Positions 16,610 to 25,669 of a DNA stretch of 64,000 nt are shown here, in pieces. Below the pieces are notes generated by a model. The model did no database searches and was not told the origin of the DNA. It saw only the letters and a list, made by a program, of their open reading frames with translations. The DNA is taken from positions 960,001 to 1,024,000 of the forward strand of contig OY969763.1 of NCBI GenBank assembly GCA_963702845.1, in the 5' to 3' direction. Made by a program: the position numbers and the translations under genes. The stretch comes from an uncultured Verrucomicrobiae bacterium (GTDB lineage: Bacteria > Verrucomicrobiota > Verrucomicrobiia > Limisphaerales > Palsa-1400). Within the stretch, counting starts at the first letter, position 1. Every line of letters begins with the position of its first letter.

Positions 16610-19567
16610 TTATGGCTTGCTGGCGACTTTTTGTGATACAGCCTTCCACGGCAAAACGCCGGTAGCCGACGCCCAATTGGCATACTGCCCGGAAAGCGCC
16701 CGAACTCTATCGGGGAATTCACTTGAAACATCCTTGGATTCCGTCCGGTCGGCGCTCACATCGTATAATTCCCATGGCTTTTCGTTTTTCGCGACTAACT
16801 TCCAATTATGTTGTCGCACCGCGCGATTGCCTTCGTGCTCCCAAAAAATCGTGCGTTCGAACTGAGATGTCTGGCCTGTGATCGCCGGAATCAAACTCAT
16901 GCCAGCCCAAGTCAGGATTCTCTGACCTTCTTCGGGAAGGGGATACATCGCATGTCCAAGTTCCATGGCAGTCGGCATCAAATCGATGACATGCCCGATC
17001 GTTGGTGTGATTGCGCCTGGTTTTGAAATGTGTCTCGGCCACGAAACGATCATCGGTGTCGCGATGCCGCCTTCGTGCACCCAATGTTTGTAGAGGCGAA
17101 ACGGTGTATTGCTGACGTTCGCCCACGGTGCACCGTAGCTTTGCCAAACGTCGTCGGCGCCCGCCAAAACATCCTTTCGCGCATTTCCGATTCGCACTTC
17201 GCGCCCATCCCTCATGCGCGTCGGGACGTCATACCAATTTTTCTGCAAATTCTCCGCGCACCCACCGTTGTCCGACAGAAAAATGACAACCGTGTTTTTA
17301 TCGAGGCGCTGCTGTTTCAGTTGCGCCAAAATCTTTCCGACACCGCGATCCATTCGCTCGACCATGGCCGCATAAACCGCCATGCGATTTGCTTCCCAAT
17401 CTTTGTTCGGCGCATCTTCCCAACGCGGCACGGCTGGATCACGGGGTGACAACGGCCATCGTGAATCAATCAACCCAAGTTTGATCAACTTCTCCTGCCG
17501 CCGTTGCCGAATCTCATCCCAGCCGACCTTGTAAGTCTCGCGATACTTCGCCACATCTTCCGCTGGCGCTTGCAAGGGCCAATGCGGCGCCGTATATGCG
17601 ACATACAAAAAGAACGGGTTCGAGTTCGTAGCAAAATTCGAGATGAAGTCAGTCGCGTGGTCGGAAATCGCATCTGTATAATAAAAGTTTGTCGCTGGCG
17701 CGCGAACAGGCGTGTTCCCATCGACTAAACTAAATGGGTCGTAGTAACTGCAAACCCCGTGGATCGTGCCGAAATATTTTTCGAATCCGCGCTGCAACGG
17801 CCAGTCATGCTTGTCGTCCCAATACGGATCGTTGTTCTCGAAATTCAACTGCGGCTTACCAGTAAAATTGATATGGCAAACGTGCCATTTGCCAACCATG
17901 CCGGTCTGATAACCTGCTCCTCGCAAAACCTCGGCCATCGTTACACAATTTTTGTTCAACTCGCCGTGATAGCCATCGGCGTGCATGTCGTCCATCATGT
18001 GCCCAATCCCGGCCTGGTGCGGATACAAGCCCGTCAGCAACGACGCTCGTGTCGGGCAACATCGACTCGTGTTATAGAACTGTGAAAACCGCAGACCATG
18101 CGCCGCGAGCTTGTCGAGGTTCGGCGTCGAAATCTCGGAGCCATAGCAACCCAGGTCTGAAAACCCGAGGTCATCCGCGAGAATCAAAACGATATTCGGT
18201 CGCGAGGCTTTTGCTGACGCCTCAACGTTTTCTTCACCTTGTGTTTTGCGCCAATCAGCCAATTGCTTCCGCAACGATTTTAGAGTGGGTTCGTATTTGG
18301 GATCTGTCGCCAAATTGTGCAGTTCATCCGGATCAGCTTGCACATCGTAAAACTCTTCCGCTGGTCGATGCTGGTCCGCCTCAATGCGTTCCGCCGCGAA
18401 CGAGTTCGTCTTGGATGCCCGCACCCAACTATCCCAATACAACCGGCCATCTCGCGATTCCGCGCTTGTAATGTGGCTGGTGTAAGGATGATCGGGGTCG
18501 ACATTCAGGATGTATTTATATTGCGCAGTGCGGATAGATCGGCAGGGGAATTGATTCATTCGACCGTCCGCGGTGTGGGCCGCAAAAATCGTGTCGCGAT
18601 GTTGGTCTGTTTTTCCCGATAACAAGCGCAGAAAACTTTTGCCATCAATCCCGCTCGGAGCCTTGCCACCGGCCGCTTCGAGAAATGTCGGCATGACATC
18701 CGTGAGTTGCACCATCGCGCTCGATCGCCCGGGCTTCACATGCCCAGGCCATCGAATCATGAAAGGCACGGCAATACCTGCGTCATACAATGTCCATTTG
18801 GCGTGCGGCCATTGCGCACCTTGATCGCTCGTGTAGAGAAACAGGGCGTCGCCATAGCCAAACTTCTCCATTGAATCCATGCACGCTCCGAGCGCGCGAT
18901 CCATGTGCGACACGCCCGTATAATATCGCGTTCGCGCCTGCCGCGTCTCCGGCGTGTCCACGAAATACGGAGGCAGATCAACCTTCGCCAGACCATAACC
19001 TTCGTTCTCGGGCCAGTAGACGTGCGGGTTCCAATCGGCCACAATCAAACACAACGGCTTATCGTGCTTTGCGGCGTGCTCGCGTAGGATTCGATTCACC
19101 GCATTCGTATCCAACCTGGCTGTCAATGGCGGCGCTTTTGGATCGACCTTCGCAGGGAAATATTCAAAGGGAAAACTTTTGTCGGGTCGAATGTCCGTTT
19201 TGCCTGCAATAACCACGCGATATCCGAGCGCATGAAAATGATCCGGCCACGTCTTCAATCCATCGCGCACCTGGCTATGATTCGCGTGCGCCCCGTTCCG
19301 CATCGGATCGACGCCCGTGAACAGCGCGCATCGTGATGGGGTGCAAGAAGGGGAATTCGCAAACGCACGATCGAACACCAGACTATCTTTCGCTAATCGA
19401 TCAAGATTTGGTGTGCGAACGACGGTGTTGCCGTAAGGCCCGGAATCTTTTTGCGAGTGATCGTCGGAAATGTAGATGACGATGTCCGGTTTCGACGTCG
19501 ACGCAACGGCAGTTAAACAAAGCGCGTAGATCGTCAGTGTGCTAACCAGAAATCGCCGCCACTTCAT
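16610..19567 (-). CDS. Secreted protein with two tandem sulfatase domains
   Basis: Domain 1: PDIVIYISDD, CTPSR. Domain 2: PNIVLILADDLG, CCPTR, GKWH, SDNG. Confidence 0.92.
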   Translation of the reverse strand: MKWRRFLVSTLTIYALCLTAVASTSKPDIVIYISDDHSQKDSGPYGNTVVRTPNLDRLAKDSLVFDRAFANSPSCTPSRCALFTGVDPMRNGAHANHSQVRDGLKTWPDHFHALGYRVVIAGKTDIRPDKSFPFEYFPAKVDPKAPPLTARLDTNAVNRILREHAAKHDKPLCLIVADWNPHVYWPENEGYGLAKVDLPPYFVDTPETRQARTRYYTGVSHMDRALGACMDSMEKFGYGDALFLYTSDQGAQWPHAKWTLYDAGIAVPFMIRWPGHVKPGRSSAMVQLTDVMPTFLEAAGGKAPSGIDGKSFLRLLSGKTDQHRDTIFAAHTADGRMNQFPCRSIRTAQYKYILNVDPDHPYTSHITSAESRDGRLYWDSWVRASKTNSFAAERIEADQHRPAEEFYDVQADPDELHNLATDPKYEPTLKSLRKQLADWRKTQGEENVEASAKASRPNIVLILADDLGFSDLGCYGSEISTPNLDKLAAHGLRFSQFYNTSRCCPTRASLLTGLYPHQAGIGHMMDDMHADGYHGELNKNCVTMAEVLRGAGYQTGMVGKWHVCHINFTGKPQLNFENNDPYWDDKHDWPLQRGFEKYFGTIHGVCSYYDPFSLVDGNTPVRAPATNFYYTDAISDHATDFISNFATNSNPFFLYVAYTAPHWPLQAPAEDVAKYRETYKVGWDEIRQRRQEKLIKLGLIDSRWPLSPRDPAVPRWEDAPNKDWEANRMAVYAAMVERMDRGVGKILAQLKQQRLDKNTVVIFLSDNGGCAENLQKNWYDVPTRMRDGREVRIGNARKDVLAGADDVWQSYGAPWANVSNTPFRLYKHWVHEGGIATPMIVSWPRHISKPGAITPTIGHVIDLMPTAMELGHAMYPLPEEGQRILTWAGMSLIPAITGQTSQFERTIFWEHEGNRAVRQHNWKLVAKNEKPWELYDVSADRTESKDVSSEFPDRVRALSGQYANWASATGVLPWKAVSQKVASKP

Positions 19568-19573
19568 AAGCGC

Positions 19574-20569
19574 TTACGAAATCCGAAACATCTTCTTGGC
19601 GTTTTCGTAAAGCAGCTTTCGCTCAATTGCCTTGCTGTTCGAAAGTTTGCGAACCAACGAAATTGTCGACGCACCGGAGCATCCGGCCCCGCGACCAATG
19701 GTATCGGTGCAATCACTTCCAAAAACCAGCTTGTCCTGGTGCCGTTCCAAAAATCCACGCGTATGATCCGGATCGCGCTTCAACGCATTGTTGCCCGAGC
19801 CCGCCGACAAATCGCCGAACATGTTGGGATAATCGCTCAAGTAACGGTCGGTGATTCCGCCAGGCGTCACCTTGCCGCTCGGATAGAGATGATGCGGATC
19901 ATTGTCGCACTTCTTGTCGATGTTCGCCCAAAACGTTTGCGCGTGGCCGATGAACTTCGTCTTCGGATATTTTTCCAGCATCTTGTAGAAGCGGTCGAAA
20001 CCGTAGTTGTAACTTCCGACCTGCCAGTGCATCAAAATTGGCACATTGTAGGTCTCGGCCAGTTTATAAAGCTTCTGCATCGCCGCGGAGTCGCAATCGA
20101 CGCCGAACTTCTGCTCCGCGATCATAACCGCACCAAGTTTCAAAAACTTTTCAATCGTGACCGGCGCTTCGTCCAAGTCCGCGACTTCATTCGCCGCAAA
20201 CAAAAACTCGCCCGGATACATCTTCGCGATTGCCATGCACGCCTCGTTGCTCGTGCACGTGCTCTCCAAACCGTTCGAGCGCCCTTGATGCGTTGACTCG
20301 CGAAGGACCGGTTTGCCCGACGGCAACAGAATCGTGGTCGTTGCGCCCATGTTGCGCTGGTGCGCAATCATCTGGTCATCGCTGCGGGCCGGCTTGATCT
20401 GCTGCCACGTCTTCTGGTCGCGTTGCCCGCCGTAATTAGTGTGTTGATGAATATCGATGATCGGCTCCGCTTTGCTTGCGGGGGCTGCACTCAAAGAAAA
20501 ACTTGAACCTGTTGCGGCTAAAGTGGACGTAATTAGGAACTGACGACGGGAAAAAGAATGGGCGCTCAT
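19574..20569 (-). CDS. Tat-exported amidohydrolase family protein
   Basis: SRRQFL Tat motif, IDIHQH, LMHW, FIGHA, FGSD. Confidence 0.88.
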   Translation of the reverse strand: MSAHSFSRRQFLITSTLAATGSSFSLSAAPASKAEPIIDIHQHTNYGGQRDQKTWQQIKPARSDDQMIAHQRNMGATTTILLPSGKPVLRESTHQGRSNGLESTCTSNEACMAIAKMYPGEFLFAANEVADLDEAPVTIEKFLKLGAVMIAEQKFGVDCDSAAMQKLYKLAETYNVPILMHWQVGSYNYGFDRFYKMLEKYPKTKFIGHAQTFWANIDKKCDNDPHHLYPSGKVTPGGITDRYLSDYPNMFGDLSAGSGNNALKRDPDHTRGFLERHQDKLVFGSDCTDTIGRGAGCSGASTISLVRKLSNSKAIERKLLYENAKKMFRIS

Positions 20570-20628
20570 GCGAACTTCGATATTACGTGTACGTGCCTAT
20601 GCGGAAAGCGAAATTTTTTACAAATATC

Positions 20629-22065
20629 CTAATCAGCCGAATCGTCGGCATCGTCCATCCCAGGCCTCAGTCCAAACGCCGTCAACTTCTCCCGCATCGT
20701 CAATCGTGAAATGCCGAGCCACCGCGCCGCCTTGGCCTGGTTTCCGTGCGCCATTTGAATGGCTTGCGTGAACAACTCCCGTTCCATTCCTTCAAAGACC
20801 TTCGCGTAAACCCGATCCGACTCACCGCGCTTGGCCTTCGCCAGTAATTCGCCAATCCACGTGCCCATCGATCCATCAGTCTTGTCGGCGACGTGCGTCA
20901 CCTTCGACATTACTTGCCGAATGTGTTCGAGTGTGATTGTGTAACGCCGCGCCAGCAGCATCGCCTGGCGCACGACGTTCTCCAGTTCACGAATATTTCC
21001 CGGCCAAGGCTGTTCACGCAAAAACTCGAGCGCGTCCGGCTGAATCGATGTCTGCACGCCCAATTCGTTTCCGTATTTCTGCAGAAAATAACGCACCAGT
21101 GCCGGAATATCCTCCGCCCGTTGTCGCAAGGGCGGGAGTTGAACGCTCACTACGTTCAATCGATAAAACAAATCTTCACGGAACGTCTTCTCCGCAATCG
21201 CCGTCTCCAACTCCCGATGCGTCGCCGCGATTACACGCACGTTGATCGCGATGTTCTCCTTGCCGCCAAGCCGCTGGATGTAGCGCTCCTGCAATACTCG
21301 CAACAACTTCGCTTGCGTGCTCAAACTCATGTCGCCGATTTCATCCAAAAAAATTGTGCCGCGATCCGCCTGCTCGAAACGTCCAATGCGCCGTGTATCC
21401 GCTCCGGTAAATGCGCCGCGTTCATGCCCGAACAACTCACTCTCCAGTAACGTTTCCGGAATCGCTGCACAATTCACCGCCACGAACGCTTCGCCGATTC
21501 GATCGCTGTGCTGATAAATCGCGCGCGCAATCAACTCCTTGCCCGTGCCCGTCTCGCCGCGAATTAACACCGTCACCGGTTTTGCCGCGATACGCCCGAT
21601 CTCCTTATAAATCTGCTGCATGACGCGGCTGTTCCCGATGATCGCATTGCGCGCCGTCTCGGCGCCGCCAATCTCCACCGGTTCAGTCATCAACCGGCTG
21701 CTCTCGACCGCCTTGCCGACGAGATCAAGCATTTCCTCCATCTCGAACGGTTTCAGCAAATAATCATACGCACCAAGCTTGGTCGCCTCGATCGCCGTTT
21801 CCGTCGTTCCATGCGCCGTCATTAAAATGATCGGCAAACGGGGATTGAACGTGTGCAATTCCTTCACCAATTCGAGGCCGTTGATACCCGGAAGCTTGAA
21901 ATCGCTGATGACCAAATCGAACTTCCCCGCCTTTGCCTGCTGTAAACCCATATCCCCGCGGTCAGCCAACTCCACTGCATAACCCTCATCCACCAAAACC
22001 CGTTGTAACGCCGACAACGCACTCTGGTCATCTTCAATCAGTAAAATTTTTGGTCGAATCGGCAT
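20629..22065 (-). CDS. Sigma54-dependent response regulator (NtrC/AtoC family)
   Basis: Receiver domain, GETGTGKE, GAFTGA, FLDEIG, WPGNIREL, Fis-type HTH. Confidence 0.95.
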   Translation of the reverse strand: MPIRPKILLIEDDQSALSALQRVLVDEGYAVELADRGDMGLQQAKAGKFDLVISDFKLPGINGLELVKELHTFNPRLPIILMTAHGTTETAIEATKLGAYDYLLKPFEMEEMLDLVGKAVESSRLMTEPVEIGGAETARNAIIGNSRVMQQIYKEIGRIAAKPVTVLIRGETGTGKELIARAIYQHSDRIGEAFVAVNCAAIPETLLESELFGHERGAFTGADTRRIGRFEQADRGTIFLDEIGDMSLSTQAKLLRVLQERYIQRLGGKENIAINVRVIAATHRELETAIAEKTFREDLFYRLNVVSVQLPPLRQRAEDIPALVRYFLQKYGNELGVQTSIQPDALEFLREQPWPGNIRELENVVRQAMLLARRYTITLEHIRQVMSKVTHVADKTDGSMGTWIGELLAKAKRGESDRVYAKVFEGMERELFTQAIQMAHGNQAKAARWLGISRLTMREKLTAFGLRPGMDDADDSAD

Positions 22066-22169
22066 AAAAGTGCGCTGGGTAAGTTGACGGCATTTTGCTC
22101 CGTTTTTCAAGAACACCGCAACTCTCATAGTTTTTGACAGTCCGCCATCGAAACACGATTTTCAAGAAA

Positions 22170-22760
22170 ATGACACAGCCCGACGTCGCCAAAATTGCCG
22201 AACACTACCGCGCCATCCTCAAAGAAATCGGGGCCGATCTCGAAGCGGAAGGCATTCGCGAAACCCCCATGCGCGCCGCCAAAGCCCTCATTGAAATGAC
22301 CGAAGGCTCCCGCATGGGCACCGACCAACTCACAAAAATGTTTCAGGCCGAGTGCAACGTTGCTGTCTGTCACGATATGGTCATCGTCGAAGGCATTCGC
22401 GAAGTCGGTCTGTGTGAACATCATTTGTTGCCGATCTTAATGAACATCACGATCGCCTACGTGCCTGACAAAAAGATCCTAGGCCTCTCAAAACTATCAC
22501 GCATCGCCGGCTACTTCGCGCGCCGCCTTCAAAACCAGGAACGCACCGCCCATTCGATCGCGATATTCATCGAACAAATCGTAGAACCCTTGGGCGTCGC
22601 TGTATTAATCAATGGCAAACACATGTGCGCCATGGCCCGAGGGGTGCGCGATTCCCATTCCGTCATGAAAGTAAACGTCATGCACGGCTCGTTCCAAAAA
22701 GATCAAAATCTCCGCAACGAATTCCTCTCGCGCCTTTCGTCGGATAGTTCCGGTTTGTGA
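22170..22760 (+). CDS. folE: GTP cyclohydrolase I
   Basis: ETPMRAAKA, LCEHHLLP, GLSKLSR, RLQNQER, HMCAMARGV. Confidence 0.93.
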   Translation: MTQPDVAKIAEHYRAILKEIGADLEAEGIRETPMRAAKALIEMTEGSRMGTDQLTKMFQAECNVAVCHDMVIVEGIREVGLCEHHLLPILMNITIAYVPDKKILGLSKLSRIAGYFARRLQNQERTAHSIAIFIEQIVEPLGVAVLINGKHMCAMARGVRDSHSVMKVNVMHGSFQKDQNLRNEFLSRLSSDSSGL

Positions 22761-22870
22761 TCCCAAAACTGATTGCGCACAACGCAGCAGCGTTTTATGT
22801 CTCGCCCCATTGCTTTAGACAAAGCCTCGATTCGAAAGGATAGTTAAATAGGCATTAGGATCGAGGGTCT

Positions 22871-23596
22871 ATGGAATTACGGCTTCAAAACACGCGCGAG
22901 GAAACCGCCGATACAATATCTTTTCTGTTCGAACCGCCTGCGTCATTAAATTGGCAGGCTGGGCAATATCTCAAATATACTTTGCCTCATCCCAATCCGG
23001 ACGACCGCGGTCAGGAGCGATATTTCTCAATCGCCTCAGCCCCTCATGAGCAGACCGTCATCATCACGACTCGGTTTGCGACCCAAGGCAGTTCGTTCAA
23101 ACGTGCTTTACGCAGCCTGAAACCGGGCGATGCAATTACCGCCGACGCACTCGGCGGCGATTTTGTGCTGACCGATCTTCTTCACAACCACATCTTCGTT
23201 GCCGGGGGAATTGGCATCACCCCATTTCGCGCCATGCTTCTCGACCTGGATCATCGCGATGAACCGATTAACGTCACTCTCCTTTACGCCAACCGAACCG
23301 ATGAGTTTCCATACAAAGCCGAACTCGAGCGCCTGCGCGAAAAGCACGCCAGTTTTAATATCCACTACTTCGTTCGGCCGCGCCGGATTGACGAAAGTGT
23401 CATGCGCGATTTCTGTGATAAGTTGAAAAATCCATTCATCTACGTTTCAGGTCCTGAGCCAATGGTTGAAGCGTTCGACTCCATGCTGGCGCAAATGGGA
23501 ATCCCAGAATCAAACATCAAGAACGACTTCTTCCCCGGTTACGACTGGCCCGGTGACGAATTAACTACGCATCCAACGATGGCCGGAAAAGCTTGA
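22871..23596 (+). CDS. FAD/NAD(P)-binding ferredoxin-reductase-like oxidoreductase
   Basis: AGQY, RYFSIAS, AGGIGITPF, YVSGP, FPGY. Confidence 0.9.
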   Translation: MELRLQNTREETADTISFLFEPPASLNWQAGQYLKYTLPHPNPDDRGQERYFSIASAPHEQTVIITTRFATQGSSFKRALRSLKPGDAITADALGGDFVLTDLLHNHIFVAGGIGITPFRAMLLDLDHRDEPINVTLLYANRTDEFPYKAELERLREKHASFNIHYFVRPRRIDESVMRDFCDKLKNPFIYVSGPEPMVEAFDSMLAQMGIPESNIKNDFFPGYDWPGDELTTHPTMAGKA

Positions 23597-23703
23597 ACAA
23601 TGGTAGCTCTGCTCGGCGTCGCCGCCGGCAAAATCAGAAAAATCGATATCCCTCTTCAATTTTTCGATTACCGCTTTGTGCCGCGACCACGTCAGAGTGC
23701 GGC

Positions 23704-25476
23704 ATGCAAATCGAGCTATCAACCAAACGAACGGTTAACAGTTTTCGGAGCTTGCCCTTTCAGGCAGTTCCAACGAAACGCCGCATCACTATTTCTGTCG
23801 CGACCACAGAGCAGCGTGAGCGCATCTACCAAATCCGCCACGACGTTTTCGCCGACGAACTCCATCAACACGCGCCCAACGTCATAGGCAAACTCACCGA
23901 CCAACTCGACGCCTTCAACACCTACATCGTGGCCGAAATAGGTTCCGAACTCGTCGGCTTCGTCAGCATCACGCCACCGGGCCGAAACTATTCGATCGAC
24001 AAATACATCGAACGCGATGATTTGCCTTTTCTCGTGGACGAAGGTGTCTACGAGGTGCGCCTTTTGACGGTGCTGAAACCATTTCGCCGATCCGAAGTCG
24101 CCATGCAGTTGATGTATGCCGCCTTTCGTTCGATTGAATCGCACGGTGGCACGCGCATCGTTGGCATCGGACGCCGCGAGATCATGCCGATGTATCTCAA
24201 AGTCGGCCTCCAACCTATCGGCGTCACTGTTCACTCCGGCGACGTGACTTACGACGTGTTACACGCAACTGTGGGCGAGTTGCGCGGCACCGTGCAACGA
24301 TTCTCAGTCCTGTTCGACAAACTGGAAAAACAAACCGAGTGGCGCCTCGATTTTCTGTATCACAAACCCGCCGCCTGCTTTCACGGTGGCGCATTCTTTG
24401 ACGCCATTGGTGAAAAGTTCCAAACCCTCGACCGCCGCCACGATATCATCAACGCCGACGTCCTCGACGCATGGTTCCCGCCTTCGCCGAAAGTCACTGC
24501 AGTCTTGGAACAACACCTCCCCTGGCTCCTGCGCGCGTCACCTCCGACCGGTTGTGATGGTCTAATCGAAGCAATTGCCGAAGCCCGCGGGGTGGACCGT
24601 CGTTCGATCCTGCCAGGTGCCGGCTCCTCTGACCTCATCTTTCTCGCGCTGCGTCAGTGGCTCAAACCGACCTCCCGTGTTTTGATACTCGACCCGACCT
24701 ACGGTGAATACGCTCACGTCCTCGAGCGCGTCGTCTGCTGTCGTGTCGACCGATACACGCTCAATCGCGCTAACGGTTATCAAGTCGATCTCAACACGCT
24801 GCAAGGCCGTCTCGCGGCTCACGATTACGACTTGTTAGTCCTCGTGAATCCAAACAGCCCGACCGGCCGCCACATCGGCAAAACAGAACTACAAACATTC
24901 CTGCAGCGCATCCCGTCACGCACCAAAGTTTGGATTGACGAAACCTACATCGAATACACCGGCCCGAACCAATCTCTCGAATCATTCGCCGCACAATCCG
25001 AGAACGTCGTCGTCTGCAAATCCATGTCAAAAGTCTACGCTTTGAGCGGAGCCCGGGCCGCCTACCTCTGCGCGCCGCCGCATCTGCTCGAAGAACTGCG
25101 CTCCATCACCCCGCCGTGGGCCGTCAGCCTGCTCGGCCAGGTTGCCGCCGTGAACGCGTTGAACGATCCCGAATACTACACCAATCGCTACGCAGAAACC
25201 CATCGTCTACGCGAAGGTCTCGCAAATGAGTTGGAGTCGATGGGATTCGAAGTAATCCCCGGCGTCGCCAATTACTTACTCTGCCATCTACCTGACGATG
25301 CCCCAATTGCCGCCGACATCGTCCAACGCTGTCGCAAACAAAATGTGTTTCTGCGCGACGCATCGCCCATGGGCACCCAACTCGGCGACCGCGCCCTACG
25401 CATCGCAGTGAAAGACGCCGCCACCAACGCGAAAATCCTCGCTGCGTTGAAAAGATGTTCGAGCGTCGTCGGATAG
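23704..25476 (+). CDS. Fusion of a GNAT/FeeM-like acyltransferase and a class I/II PLP enzyme (CobD/HisC-like)
   Basis: N-terminal IYQIRHDVF, LVGFVSI, EVRLLTVLKPFR, MYLKVG. C-terminal FHGG, GAGSSDLI, PTYGEY, NPNSPTG, IDETY, SMSKVYALSGAR. Confidence 0.85.
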   Translation: MQIELSTKRTVNSFRSLPFQAVPTKRRITISVATTEQRERIYQIRHDVFADELHQHAPNVIGKLTDQLDAFNTYIVAEIGSELVGFVSITPPGRNYSIDKYIERDDLPFLVDEGVYEVRLLTVLKPFRRSEVAMQLMYAAFRSIESHGGTRIVGIGRREIMPMYLKVGLQPIGVTVHSGDVTYDVLHATVGELRGTVQRFSVLFDKLEKQTEWRLDFLYHKPAACFHGGAFFDAIGEKFQTLDRRHDIINADVLDAWFPPSPKVTAVLEQHLPWLLRASPPTGCDGLIEAIAEARGVDRRSILPGAGSSDLIFLALRQWLKPTSRVLILDPTYGEYAHVLERVVCCRVDRYTLNRANGYQVDLNTLQGRLAAHDYDLLVLVNPNSPTGRHIGKTELQTFLQRIPSRTKVWIDETYIEYTGPNQSLESFAAQSENVVVCKSMSKVYALSGARAAYLCAPPHLLEELRSITPPWAVSLLGQVAAVNALNDPEYYTNRYAETHRLREGLANELESMGFEVIPGVANYLLCHLPDDAPIAADIVQRCRKQNVFLRDASPMGTQLGDRALRIAVKDAATNAKILAALKRCSSVVG

Positions 25477-25495
25477 AACCCTTTCTTCTTCGAAA

Positions 25496-25526
25496 ATCCG
25501 TGTTTCATCGGTGTTTCATCCGTGGC
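25496..25526. repeat. Short tandem 11-mer repeat after a stop codon
   Basis: ATCCGTGTTTC ATCGGTGTTTC ATCCGTGGC. Confidence 0.7.
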
Positions 25527-25669
25527 TAAAACAGTCTTCGCATCCCCTAGGCCTTGGATCGGTTCCGCCGCTCAGTATTCAACCCTGCGCCTTGTCATGG
25601 GTTCACCTGATTTACAGTTGACTTCTTTCTCTTGAACAATTGGCCTATGCCTCTAAGGTGGAAAAACAA

